Origin: Nitrosopumilus sp.
Lineage (GTDB): Archaea; Thermoproteota; Nitrososphaeria; Nitrososphaerales; Nitrosopumilaceae
Direction of reading: 5' to 3'
NCBI GenBank assembly: GCA_965214775.1
Contig: OZ243974.1
Location: forward strand, 192,001-256,000
Length of the DNA: 64,000 nt
Shown: positions 8,573 to 17,994 of the stretch, in pieces
Layout: every line of letters starts with the position of its first letter
How positions within the stretch are numbered: the stretch's first letter is position 1
Made by a program: the position numbers and the translations under genes
Notes under the pieces: model-generated
Databases searched by the model: none
Told to the model about the DNA's origin: nothing
Seen by the model: the letters and a program-made list of their open reading frames with translations, nothing else

Positions 8573-11407
8573 CTACGATTTCCTGCATTCCCTGCACCAG
8601 GACTGCGGCCTGATCATCCCGTCCACGTTCCGAAACCCGAACTCTTTTTCAATCTCTTGTCTGGAGTCGGCAGTCTTGTTGCACTTGGGGCACTTTGCGT
8701 GCTCTCTTGCAGACACAACGGTCTTTGCATGACTGCCGATTATGCCCCTGACCTCCGAGGGGTGAAACGCCACGTCCCACGTCCATGTCCCGTAGTTTCC
8801 GTCCTCGTTCACTGCCTCCGTCCAGTCCTTTAGAAATCTGCGCTTTGTCCTGTTCTGCTCACTGTCCTTTCCCTTTATTTCAAGAACCAGCATTACGCCG
8901 TTTTCAAGCCTTATCAGAAAGTCCGGCCAATAGTCGTGAACCACGCCGTTGTACACGTATTTGATTCCAAATCCAATATGGTCGTTTTTTGCCCAGGATA
9001 TCACGTTTTTGTTCCTGTCCATCTCCTGTTCTGCACCAAGCTCCCAGTCGGAGTCATGAGGTGCTAGGTTCATGTGGGATTTTTTCGGGTGTTCTGTGGG
9101 CTTTTTTGTGTGCCACGGGCGCATGTCTGCTGTAGATTTTATCGGTTTTGCATGGTTGATGTGAATCCTCCTCTTCTTGACGTTGTGGTGTGTGATTGCC
9201 CCCCACACATGGTTGATCACCTTTTGCATGTTAAACATGATGGTTATCTTTGTGCGAAGTTTGTCCTCGGTATCCGTGACATGGATATTGCCTGAATCTA
9301 CAAACTCCTCTATTATCCTGACCACCTGAGCCAGAAGAAACTCCCTGTTTCCCTTCCAGTCAGGGACGATCTGGTCGTACACGTCCTTTGCAGATATGAA
9401 CAGTATTCTCTGCATTCTGATATCACGGCCTGTCTTAGCTAGGTCAATATCGGACATCTTGTCCACGTCCGGCTTTCCGTCAAGCACTTGGGCCATTCCA
9501 ACGGTGGTGGCCCTGAGGTCGCCGCGCAGCTCCAGATTGCTCACCTTTATCCAGTCCACTTCAAGTCTTGGATCGTACTCGATGTCTATTCTGTCTATGT
9601 TTGGCCAGGCTATCATGTGTTCTGTCTTGTTCGGATCGGGCTCTATCAGACTGGTGGGCCGTTCTGGAGGCGGCGGCGTTCCGGTTCCTCCCTCGTGTGG
9701 AAGAAAGGTAAACGGCACGCCAAACACATTGACATACTCTGGAGGGAACAGTTTTGTTTCGGGATCTATCTCATACGATGTCCTGCGCAGTCCCCGTCCC
9801 ACCACCTGTTCACACAACAGCTGGCTTGAAAATGCCCTCAGTCCCATGATGTGGGTCACGTTTCTTGCATCCCAGCCTTCTGACAGCATTTGCACTGCTA
9901 CTATGTTCCGTATCTGCTCGCCTGCCCTTCCCTTCTTGCCTACGGTGTCCACCACCTCCCTTAGATCCGCGGCATCGTCGGACTCGCCTTCGCCGGCCTT
10001 GTCAAGCACGCTCGAATCTATGTGCAACAGGTGTTCTTTGGCCGAGAGGCCCTTCAGGTCAAACCGGTTATGCTCAAAGGAGTACCTGACCCTTGCCGCC
10101 GTATGCGTCTTGTTGCATACGGTGATCATCACGGGCGGGACAGGGGAATTGTGCTTGTCCCATACCTTCTTTGTCTCGATCCAGTCCTGCCCGAGAAGAA
10201 AGTATGCGTTTGCCACGAGATCAGGAAGCTTTTCGTGTTCTTTTGCATTTCTGTTTAGATCTGGCTTTACCTCGTCGTCCCTGTATATGTGGTAGAACCT
10301 TGAGCGGTATTGCTCGTCAAAGCTGTTGGTATCGTCCCTGATTGCTATCTTAGGAGTCTTTGTGAGACCTGACTCTATTGCATCATTGAGGGAAAAGTCC
10401 GACACTATCCAGTCAAAGAGCGTCTCCTCTGTGACGTTTTTTCCAGACGGGATAAACGGGGTGGCTGAAAAGTCAAAGCAATGCGTGATGTTTCGGGACT
10501 TGTGAATCCTGTCCAATCCCTCGATCCAACGCTTGTCCCGCTCTGCCTCCGTAGCTGATATACCCTTTGCCTGCTCTTCTGTGCCGCGATACGCGTGGTG
10601 CGCCTCGTCGTTGATAACTACTATGTTCCTGAGGTCATGTCCCAGAATGCGTTTGGCAAACACATGGTCACTTTCCTCCCCAAGCTTGACTACGCTTCGC
10701 GGCGCGTCGGTCTGTGGCATCAGCGTATGCCAGTTGTGTATGCTTATCCTGCCGCTCCGCATCCTCTCGCGATATGACTCTGGCACGATGTCAAACTGGT
10801 CATAAAAGTTATCCTCGTGCGTTGGAATCAGAACCTGCAGCCTTGACCTTACGGTCAGGCCCGGCGCCATGACCAGCACGTGTTTTGAAAACCTAGAATC
10901 CTGCGGATATGTGGCCTTGTTGAGTACCTGCCATGCTATTGCCATGGCCATGACCACCGTCTTTCCCGTGCCTGTGGCCATCTTGCAGCACAGCCTCCTG
11001 AAGAGGCCGCCATCAGAGGGTATATTGATTCCCTGCTTTTCATGGTCTGATGCCTCAACAAGCCAGATGAGCGTCTCTATGGCCTCCAGTTGGCAGAAAA
11101 AGAACCTGTTCCCCCTCACGTTCTCATCATTCCAGAAATTGAGCAGGTTTCTCGTGATGCCGGTAATCCCGGGATAGCCGTTCTCCCTCCAGGAATCTAC
11201 CCTGTCCCGTATCTGGTTTACAAGCGCGATCTCATGGAACTCGCCTGGGTCGTCATAATCTTGGCTGTCCTTGGACGCGATAAGAAACCCCGCAGGCCTC
11301 CTGCTGTACTCTTTTCCAAATCTTCTTCTGGAGCGGTCGTACCTCCAGTGGCACAAGGGCTTTTCATACGGGTTGCATATTATGAGATCGTCTATTTGAG
11401 ACATCAT
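8573..11407 (-). CDS. res: Type III restriction endonuclease Res subunit
   Basis: MATGTGKT, NDEAHH, FSATP, EGWD, QVVGRGLR helicase motifs; PD...LEIKG nuclease; extra C-terminal Cys4 domain. Confidence 0.9.
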   Translation of the reverse strand: MMSQIDDLIICNPYEKPLCHWRYDRSRRRFGKEYSRRPAGFLIASKDSQDYDDPGEFHEIALVNQIRDRVDSWRENGYPGITGITRNLLNFWNDENVRGNRFFFCQLEAIETLIWLVEASDHEKQGINIPSDGGLFRRLCCKMATGTGKTVVMAMAIAWQVLNKATYPQDSRFSKHVLVMAPGLTVRSRLQVLIPTHEDNFYDQFDIVPESYRERMRSGRISIHNWHTLMPQTDAPRSVVKLGEESDHVFAKRILGHDLRNIVVINDEAHHAYRGTEEQAKGISATEAERDKRWIEGLDRIHKSRNITHCFDFSATPFIPSGKNVTEETLFDWIVSDFSLNDAIESGLTKTPKIAIRDDTNSFDEQYRSRFYHIYRDDEVKPDLNRNAKEHEKLPDLVANAYFLLGQDWIETKKVWDKHNSPVPPVMITVCNKTHTAARVRYSFEHNRFDLKGLSAKEHLLHIDSSVLDKAGEGESDDAADLREVVDTVGKKGRAGEQIRNIVAVQMLSEGWDARNVTHIMGLRAFSSQLLCEQVVGRGLRRTSYEIDPETKLFPPEYVNVFGVPFTFLPHEGGTGTPPPPERPTSLIEPDPNKTEHMIAWPNIDRIDIEYDPRLEVDWIKVSNLELRGDLRATTVGMAQVLDGKPDVDKMSDIDLAKTGRDIRMQRILFISAKDVYDQIVPDWKGNREFLLAQVVRIIEEFVDSGNIHVTDTEDKLRTKITIMFNMQKVINHVWGAITHHNVKKRRIHINHAKPIKSTADMRPWHTKKPTEHPKKSHMNLAPHDSDWELGAEQEMDRNKNVISWAKNDHIGFGIKYVYNGVVHDYWPDFLIRLENGVMLVLEIKGKDSEQNRTKRRFLKDWTEAVNEDGNYGTWTWDVAFHPSEVRGIIGSHAKTVVSAREHAKCPKCNKTADSRQEIEKEFGFRNVDGMIRPQSWCRECRKS

Positions 11408-13923
11408 TCCAGCCGTATTATCTTCAGCGACTCTATTCCGCGATCGTCAATTATCTTTACCGCCGCCCTTTTGTTTGGACCCGCCTCAAACGGGATTGAC
11501 TCGGTTCCACGATACTTTTCGATCAACTTGTCGTCTATCTGTGCATGCAGGGTTTTGGCAAGCCTGCTCCACCCACCCGTATTTCCGTCCAGCGGGAAGA
11601 AGACCTGCTGCGGATAGACGCTCCTACCGTCATAATCCGTATCAAGCATCCACATGGCAATCTTTGACGATCCGCCGGATTCTATTACCCCTGTCTTTGT
11701 ATTGTAATAGTCAAAGCCGTTGACCTTGACGATGTATTTGTCATCGTTGGTTTTTTCCAGATCTACGTCAGGCTGGCCCATCAACCAAAACGACTCGTTG
11801 CTTGAGCGTTTCTTCTTGAGATCTTCTGTCAACAAATCCTTACTCATTTCCACCTTCAGTATGGTGGCATCTGGCCAATTGGTTTCGTCAATGTCCTTTG
11901 CGGCCTCCGGATCAAACTGCATTGCGGCAAATATTATCATTTCAGGTTTTGGCGCCAAGGTTAGTGCCTCCTCTATTGCGAGTGCTACCTGCCTCTGCTC
12001 TAATGGAGCATGCTCGGGCCCAAAAGAGATCATCACGCGCTTTGGTTCGTCCTCTTTTGTCTCGGCATCTGCGTGCAGCCATCTTGTTGCAGGATGCGTT
12101 TCCACCCTACTGAACTCTATCTTCTGACCAGACTTTCCACGTATGCCAGTCTTTAGCAGCTCATCACGCCATTGATGTTGGTGTGTGGTTGTTATGTTTT
12201 CTGTATTTTGGTCTGATTGTAGATCTTGAAAAGATAGGAGATCAAGTGATTTTATTGTTGGTGCTGGTACTGCTTCCACAGTGAACGGGCCAGCGATTCT
12301 AGTTTTTGTTTTGTCTATTTTTGGTTTATCATATAGTGTGACAAGCTCGCCTTTACTGTTCTGTGCAACAGATGACATTGTCTTATTCTCTATGCTTTCA
12401 TAATCAAATCCATCTGAAACACTTGTGTTTGGATTATGCAGCTTAAAAAACGGGTAAAAAGCAGTTATTAATCTCTGCTTCGTTAATGTTATTGCAATTC
12501 TTGAAGTATCACAGGTAATCCATCTCCGCCCATAATATTCTGCACTGTATGCAGTGGTGCCACTGCCACAAGTCGGATCAAAAACTAAATCTCCAGGATC
12601 TGTAGTCATTAAAATGCATCGAGAAATAACATTGGTTGAAGTTTGCACAACATATTTCATTTCTATTTCGCCACGCACATCTAACCATAAACTAGTAATT
12701 GTAGAATAAGGAAAATCACTTAGATATTTTTTATAAATCCTCAAACCTTCTTTTCGTAACAAACGTCCCTTATCCCACAAATTTTTAACTCCTAGGACGC
12801 CTACTCCCCAATGTGCATTATTTCCACATTTTAAAACGAAGGTTTTTCCATCATGTTTTAATTTGATAGGCTCAGAGTTGTTTTTAGAATAACCCGGCGA
12901 AATAATAGGCCAAGTTGCAAAAACCTGCGCATTTTTTGGTAATGTTGACTGATTAATAATTTCTTTATCTGATATTTTTCTAATTGTGCCATCATTTAAT
13001 TCTACATTGGTAAATTCTTTAGCACCTTCACCACCGATTTTCTTTCTAAAATATAACTTATGAAATTTGATCTTTGTTTTATCCTTAGCATACCAAACTA
13101 GATAGTCATAGGTAGTTGATAATAACTTTGTACTTTCACTACCTGTTTTCCTAAATATTATGGTAGTACAAAAATTCTCTCTCCCAAAAACTTCATCTAA
13201 AATGTTTCTAATATATTGCACATTTTTTTCTGATATTTGTACAAAAACACTACCACTTTCAGTTAGTAAAAGTTTTGATAAAGTTAGTCTATCCCGTAGA
13301 TATGACAGATATGAATGGATCTCTAGTTCCCATGTATCCCTGAATGCCTTTATCATTTCAGGTTCTTGTGTCAGGTCAGCATCATTTCCATCCTTAACAT
13401 TCCGCTTGTTTACAAACGGCTGAAAGTTGGAACCATATTTGATGCCATATGGCGGATCTATGTATATCATCTGAACCTTTCCCTCCATACCTTCTTTTTC
13501 CAACAGTGAGTTCATTACAAGTAGTGAGTCTCCGGCAATCAACCGATTCGACCAGTTCTGGTCGTGTTTGTAAAACTCTACTGCGTCTCTCAGTGGAGGA
13601 TTGCTGTCTGAAGTTTCAAAGTAGTGAAATAACGTGTGTTGTGTTTCCTGTTTATTCTTCATTGCCTTTTCAAGGATCGTGTGTGGATCGATCCTTTCAT
13701 GCACATGTAGAGAAACCGTGTCCACCTCAAACTCCGTGTTTTCTTGCTTGCCTGACCACTGCAGTTGTGGATCCAACCTTGGGTCATACGAGTATTTTTT
13801 TCGGGGCTGGTCAGGATCCGTCTGTGGCGTAACCAGTCCGACCGGCGGATTGTTTGGCCGCTTTTTGTTTTTGTGCGTGTATTGGTCTACTGACTCTTTT
13901 TTCAGTTTTGCCTTTCTTGCCAA
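11404..13923 (-). CDS. mod: Type III R-M Mod subunit (N6-adenine DNA methyltransferase)
   Basis: IYIDPPY catalytic motif followed by FDPTCGSGTT SAM motif (beta-class order); ATGA overlap with res. Confidence 0.9.
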   Translation of the reverse strand: MARKAKLKKESVDQYTHKNKKRPNNPPVGLVTPQTDPDQPRKKYSYDPRLDPQLQWSGKQENTEFEVDTVSLHVHERIDPHTILEKAMKNKQETQHTLFHYFETSDSNPPLRDAVEFYKHDQNWSNRLIAGDSLLVMNSLLEKEGMEGKVQMIYIDPPYGIKYGSNFQPFVNKRNVKDGNDADLTQEPEMIKAFRDTWELEIHSYLSYLRDRLTLSKLLLTESGSVFVQISEKNVQYIRNILDEVFGRENFCTTIIFRKTGSESTKLLSTTYDYLVWYAKDKTKIKFHKLYFRKKIGGEGAKEFTNVELNDGTIRKISDKEIINQSTLPKNAQVFATWPIISPGYSKNNSEPIKLKHDGKTFVLKCGNNAHWGVGVLGVKNLWDKGRLLRKEGLRIYKKYLSDFPYSTITSLWLDVRGEIEMKYVVQTSTNVISRCILMTTDPGDLVFDPTCGSGTTAYSAEYYGRRWITCDTSRIAITLTKQRLITAFYPFFKLHNPNTSVSDGFDYESIENKTMSSVAQNSKGELVTLYDKPKIDKTKTRIAGPFTVEAVPAPTIKSLDLLSFQDLQSDQNTENITTTHQHQWRDELLKTGIRGKSGQKIEFSRVETHPATRWLHADAETKEDEPKRVMISFGPEHAPLEQRQVALAIEEALTLAPKPEMIIFAAMQFDPEAAKDIDETNWPDATILKVEMSKDLLTEDLKKKRSSNESFWLMGQPDVDLEKTNDDKYIVKVNGFDYYNTKTGVIESGGSSKIAMWMLDTDYDGRSVYPQQVFFPLDGNTGGWSRLAKTLHAQIDDKLIEKYRGTESIPFEAGPNKRAAVKIIDDRGIESLKIIRLE

Positions 13924-14029
13924 CTGCTTACCGCCCCGTCAAAAGTCTCATCAGAGTTTGATCGTCAAAACTGTATGTATCTTGTATATATCTTATAGCT
14001 AACGTGTAATAATTCAGAAAAGTGCAGGC

Positions 14030-14326
14030 GTGACTCAGCTACAGGATACGTACATGAAGAAGGATTTGGATGTACAACTTGGCATGGTCAAGGGGAGCAA
14101 ACATAGAAAGAGCGTGTTGGTGGCAATAGTGGATGGGCCACTGTGTCCCAAGGAGATCTCGGAGAAGGTCGGCTATTATCCCAGCCACGTGAGCAAAGCC
14201 TTGTCTGAATTGAGCAATCAAGGCCTGGTCGTGTGCAAGAACCCCGATGCCAGAAAGGGAAGGCTGTATCGCCTTACAAAAGACGGGGAATCCATCTGTG
14301 CCATGCTGTCCAATTGTGACAAGTGA
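14030..14326 (+). CDS. ArsR/MarR-like wHTH regulator
   Basis: PKEISEKVG...HVSKALSEL...GRLYRLT. Confidence 0.8.
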   Translation: MTQLQDTYMKKDLDVQLGMVKGSKHRKSVLVAIVDGPLCPKEISEKVGYYPSHVSKALSELSNQGLVVCKNPDARKGRLYRLTKDGESICAMLSNCDK

Positions 14327-14352
14327 CTGCCTGCAAGACAGCCGCAGCCGGC

Positions 14353-14643
14353 CTATCTTGCCCTTGAGGAGGCCTGGTCTATCATGCCACCTATTTTTTT
14401 GAGCCGTCCTGCGATGTACTTTTGCCTCTCGCTTTTTGAAAAGTACCCGGCGCGCCCCAGCATGTCGTCCAGATATTTTGAGAGCACCCTATCAAAGTTT
14501 TTGTCTATGATCCGCGCGGCCTTGTGCAGGTTCTGCACGTTCAGGTTCTCCAGATCGTCCCTTCTTCCAAGAAAGTACTGCGAGTTGCCTGCCAGCAGGT
14601 ACAGGTACTCGACCCCCTGCCTCTTTCTTATGAACACGCCCAT
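14353..14643 (-). CDS. Hypothetical protein divergent from the integrase
   Basis: 96-aa ORF; N-terminal RKRQG.EYLYL...YFLGR beta-hairpin motif. Confidence 0.6.
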   Translation of the reverse strand: MGVFIRKRQGVEYLYLLAGNSQYFLGRRDDLENLNVQNLHKAARIIDKNFDRVLSKYLDDMLGRAGYFSKSERQKYIAGRLKKIGGMIDQASSRAR

Positions 14644-14712
14644 GATACCACTGTATCATGTGACATGATAAATCTTTAAATAAAGCTTTGTATCATGTAA
14701 CATGATACAAAG
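14641..14712. promoter_or_regulatory. Palindromic operator/core sites flanking a TATA box
   Basis: TATCATG-tga-CATGATA (14654-14670), TTTAAATA, then CTTTGTATCATG-taa-CATGATACAAAG (14686-14712). Confidence 0.6.
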
Positions 14713-15969
14713 ATGACCGGCTTTAAAGGTAAAATAGCAGCGTGTGGGATACACAACGAGGATGAAGTCGCCGAGAGGCCGACCGATATGGGAAAAACAA
14801 AGACAGTCAAAAAGACAGACACTGCTAAAAACACAAAGACATCCGTGCTCCTGTCTGATCCAGACGTGAGCCGATGGTACAACAACCTTGCACGGGGCAG
14901 CCCGTACACGGCAAGCAGGGGCCTTGGCATACTAGGAAGGTTCTGCGAGATGCACCATATGACGCCCAGGGAGCTTGCAGATCTTGCAATGAGGGACGTC
15001 AGGACGGCAACTGATTTACTGGAGGACCACGTCACCATGATGGAGTCAAAGAACTATTCTCCCGGGTACGTTGCAAACCACGTAAAGACCGCAAAGTCGT
15101 GGCTGAGGCACTTTGACGTCGAGATCAGGCGCCGGATAAAGATATCTGCGATGGGTCCGGCGCCGGTCCTCGAAAACGAGAGGGTTCCAAACGCCGCCGA
15201 GATGGCCGAGATATACAGTCGTGCAGGACTGCGCGAGTCTGTCATAATATCACTGATGGCAAAGGCGGGGCTGCGGCCTGAGGTCATAGGCAACTATGAC
15301 GGGACAAACGGCCTTCAGATGCGGGATCTTCCCGATATAGTCACGTACAGGGGCGAGACCAGATGCGTCAGGGCGCCGTGCATGATAGTGGTCCGGAGGA
15401 CCCTCTCCAAGGCGCGCCACCAGTACTTTACATTCCTGACGGGGAGCGCGACCGGGCAGATAACTGCGTACCTCAACGACAGGATTGCGCACGGCGAGTC
15501 GCTGCACGATGACTCGCCTGTGATCTCGCCGGATCACTTGCACAGGACGAGCCGCGGGAAGAACTCTTCCAAGGACTTTCTTCCGACGGCCCGGGTAAGC
15601 AAGCTGGTTCGCCAGACGTTCCGGCCGAGGTTCTCCTGGAGGCCATACGTGCTGCGCGCGTACTTTGACACGCAGCTGCTCATAGCAGAGGCCAAGGGCA
15701 AGATGGCGCACGACTTTAGGGTGTTCTTCATGGGACACAAGGGAAGCATGGAGGCCCGGTACACCACCAACAAGGGCGTGCTGCCCGAGGTCCTGGTGGC
15801 CGAGATGCGCCAGGCCTTTGGCCGCTCCGAGGAGCATTTGGATCAGAGCGAGGCAGCAGATCCCCTAGTAGAGCAGAGGGAGAGGGCGCAGCAGATGATC
15901 ACCGAGGCCACGCCGGAGCAGATTGGCCGCGTGCTAGAGGCACTAAGCGTGCCGGCAATACGGGCCTAG
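14713..15969 (+). CDS. int: Tyrosine recombinase / site-specific integrase
   Basis: GLRPEV (catalytic R), RPYVLRAYF, FMGHKGSMEARY (H and Y); start may be ATG 14788. Confidence 0.9.
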   Translation: MTGFKGKIAACGIHNEDEVAERPTDMGKTKTVKKTDTAKNTKTSVLLSDPDVSRWYNNLARGSPYTASRGLGILGRFCEMHHMTPRELADLAMRDVRTATDLLEDHVTMMESKNYSPGYVANHVKTAKSWLRHFDVEIRRRIKISAMGPAPVLENERVPNAAEMAEIYSRAGLRESVIISLMAKAGLRPEVIGNYDGTNGLQMRDLPDIVTYRGETRCVRAPCMIVVRRTLSKARHQYFTFLTGSATGQITAYLNDRIAHGESLHDDSPVISPDHLHRTSRGKNSSKDFLPTARVSKLVRQTFRPRFSWRPYVLRAYFDTQLLIAEAKGKMAHDFRVFFMGHKGSMEARYTTNKGVLPEVLVAEMRQAFGRSEEHLDQSEAADPLVEQRERAQQMITEATPEQIGRVLEALSVPAIRA

Positions 15970-16116
15970 CCAGGTTGTGGCCGACGAAGGTGATGCCGAG
16001 GAGCTGATATCCAAAGGATGCAGGTTCGTCGGCGTGCTGCCTAACGGCAGGATCGTGCTGGAAAAGCCGGACGTGAACCCGCAGTAAGTTCACATCTGGG
16101 AAGACTGACTGTTTGT

Positions 16117-16237
16117 CAATCTTCCCAGACGTACCCGACTCGCGGTGATCTAGGAGACGGCATGTGGATCTGCAGGCAGCCTAATCTGAATTGCGTCAAA
16201 TTTGGAGCCGTTTTACGGGGAGCTTTTGGGAAGACTG
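16117..16237. mobile_element. MITE family B copy
   Basis: CAATCTTCCCAGA...TTTTGGGAAGACTG, 121 bp. Confidence 0.8.
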
Positions 16238-16267
16238 GCTTGTCAGAGAAGGTACATATAGGAACAT

Positions 16268-16525
16268 ATGCCACATATGGCACATATGGAACCAACTACC
16301 AGCATTGCAGTCTCTAAAGAATCAAAAGAGGCGTGGGAAAAATTCAAGAATTATCCTGACGAATCAATGGAGAATATGATTAACCGCATCCTAAAGCACC
16401 AAAGGGAGGAGGATGAGGAATTGCTCACAGGAAAGGAGATTGCCGAAATAAAGGCATCCGCTACAGAGATTGAGCAAGGCAACTACAAAACTCAGGAACA
16501 AATGAAAGAAAAATACGGGCTGTAA
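16268..16525 (+). CDS. Putative antitoxin (RHH-like, DUF7557-type)
   Basis: TTSIAVSKE...K.YPDESMENMINRIL; lies directly upstream of a RelE-like gene. Confidence 0.7.
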   Translation: MPHMAHMEPTTSIAVSKESKEAWEKFKNYPDESMENMINRILKHQREEDEELLTGKEIAEIKASATEIEQGNYKTQEQMKEKYGL

Positions 16526-16526
16526 T

Positions 16527-16786
16527 TTGACAGTTGTTTGGGAGATTACCTACTCCGTCCGAGCACAAAAGGATCTAGATCGTATCGGTACGGGCATCGC
16601 AAAGAGGGTGATCTTGCTGATGGATGAAATTGCATCTGACCCTTACGGAATGCTTGAAAAAATGACAAACTCGCCATTTTATAAATTCCGCATTGGCCAG
16701 TATCGCGGGATGTTGACATTGTAAACCACAAGCTGATCCTTCATGTGATCAAAATAAAACACCGATCACAAGTCTACAAAAGATAA
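16527..16786 (+). pseudogene. RelE/ParE toxin, frameshifted
   Basis: YSVRAQKDLDRI...YKFRIGQYRG; the rest (VDIVNHKLILHVIKIKHRSQVYKR*) is in another frame. Confidence 0.8.
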
Positions 16787-16796
16787 TCTCGTAACA

Positions 16797-16917
16797 CAGT
16801 CTTCCCAGAAGCATCACATAAAATTATCCCGGGCCAGAAACAATTCAAATATGGCTGCCTGCAGATTCGCATGTTCCCTCCTGCACCGCCACAAGTCGGT
16901 CACTTCTGGGAAGACTG
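16797..16917. mobile_element. MITE family B copy (inverted)
   Basis: CAGTCTTCCCAGAAG...CTTCTGGGAAGACTG, 121 bp. Confidence 0.8.
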
Positions 16918-17027
16918 GCATTCATCTAAATGAAAAGCACCATGAAATCGAGTAAAACAGAAACTGGACAGGAGGCAGGACGCCTCAATAGCAAGGCAAA
17001 ACAGCAAATCTCATTTGTGTTTTACTT

Positions 17028-17150
17028 CAGTACTTCCTAGGTGTGTTTTTGCAGACCCGGCACTGCATAGCCGCTAATTTCGTTTACGCATAAGGTCTTC
17101 TCCAAATTACGTAATTACCGTGCCTGTAAAAGTACACTTGGGAAGTACTG
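17028..17150. mobile_element. MITE family D (123 bp)
   Basis: TIR CAGTACTTCCTAGGTGT / ACACTTGGGAAGTACTG; 4-bp TSD ACTT; near-identical copy at 29620-29742. Confidence 0.9.
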
Positions 17151-17334
17151 ACTTGGCTGGCATTACACCGCAGCAACGCCAAGTAATTAAAACTGACTTG
17201 AGTCAAGAGGCCTTGCTTACACTCAAGGTTTGCTTCTGCAGAAGACTTGACGGTGTAAAAACCAAGTCAAAGTTGTTGAAAAGGGCTCGTCAGAACTGCT
17301 TTGAGATTTTTATAAAGGGATTCCTAGATTTCTT

Positions 17335-17994
17335 ATGATGAAAGTGCTATTTGCAGCGACAGCAGCAGTAGTTTTTTTGTCCGTTGCGCTTTTGCCGGCT
17401 GTTTATGCAGAACCGGCCGTTTTGATAAAATTAGAAAAATCGGTTTATGGTTACTGTGAAAAATTGTTCTACGTAATTGAGGTTTCAGAAGTTACAGGAG
17501 ATCCTGCAATAATTCACATCAGAGATGACGCAGGAAAAGGAAGCAGTGCAATTCCAATTCCAATTGTCGCACTTGAAAACCCCGTTCCATCACTAGTTCC
17601 TTTTGAAAAAGAAGTTTTTCCCTTGGGCAAGTATTACATTGATGTGGAATATTCAGGACAAAAAACCATGGCAGAATTTGAACTGATTGATCTTGAAAAA
17701 AAATGTTTTCCAAATGCAGTTAATATTTTTATAATGGAATGGCATTACGGGAAAATTCCAGACGGGTTCCTGATTGACGCATTTCAAAAGCAAGTAGACA
17801 AAGAATTGATAAGGATTCCATTTGAAATTACTGAGAATAACATTTACAGTGTCAAGATTCCAAGCTGGGTAAAAGATTCAACGGGATGGTGGCTAGAAGG
17901 GATGATAACAGATGAAGAGTTGGCCAACATGATGAACTATTTGATGAAAGAGAAAATAATTTCCAACTCAGCAGAAACAGGAAACAACATATGA
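17335..17994 (+). CDS. Secreted protein with thaumarchaeal IPxWVK..GWW C-terminal repeat
   Basis: Signal peptide; KIPSWVKDSTGWWLEGMITDEE. Confidence 0.8.
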   Translation: MMKVLFAATAAVVFLSVALLPAVYAEPAVLIKLEKSVYGYCEKLFYVIEVSEVTGDPAIIHIRDDAGKGSSAIPIPIVALENPVPSLVPFEKEVFPLGKYYIDVEYSGQKTMAEFELIDLEKKCFPNAVNIFIMEWHYGKIPDGFLIDAFQKQVDKELIRIPFEITENNIYSVKIPSWVKDSTGWWLEGMITDEELANMMNYLMKEKIISNSAETGNNI

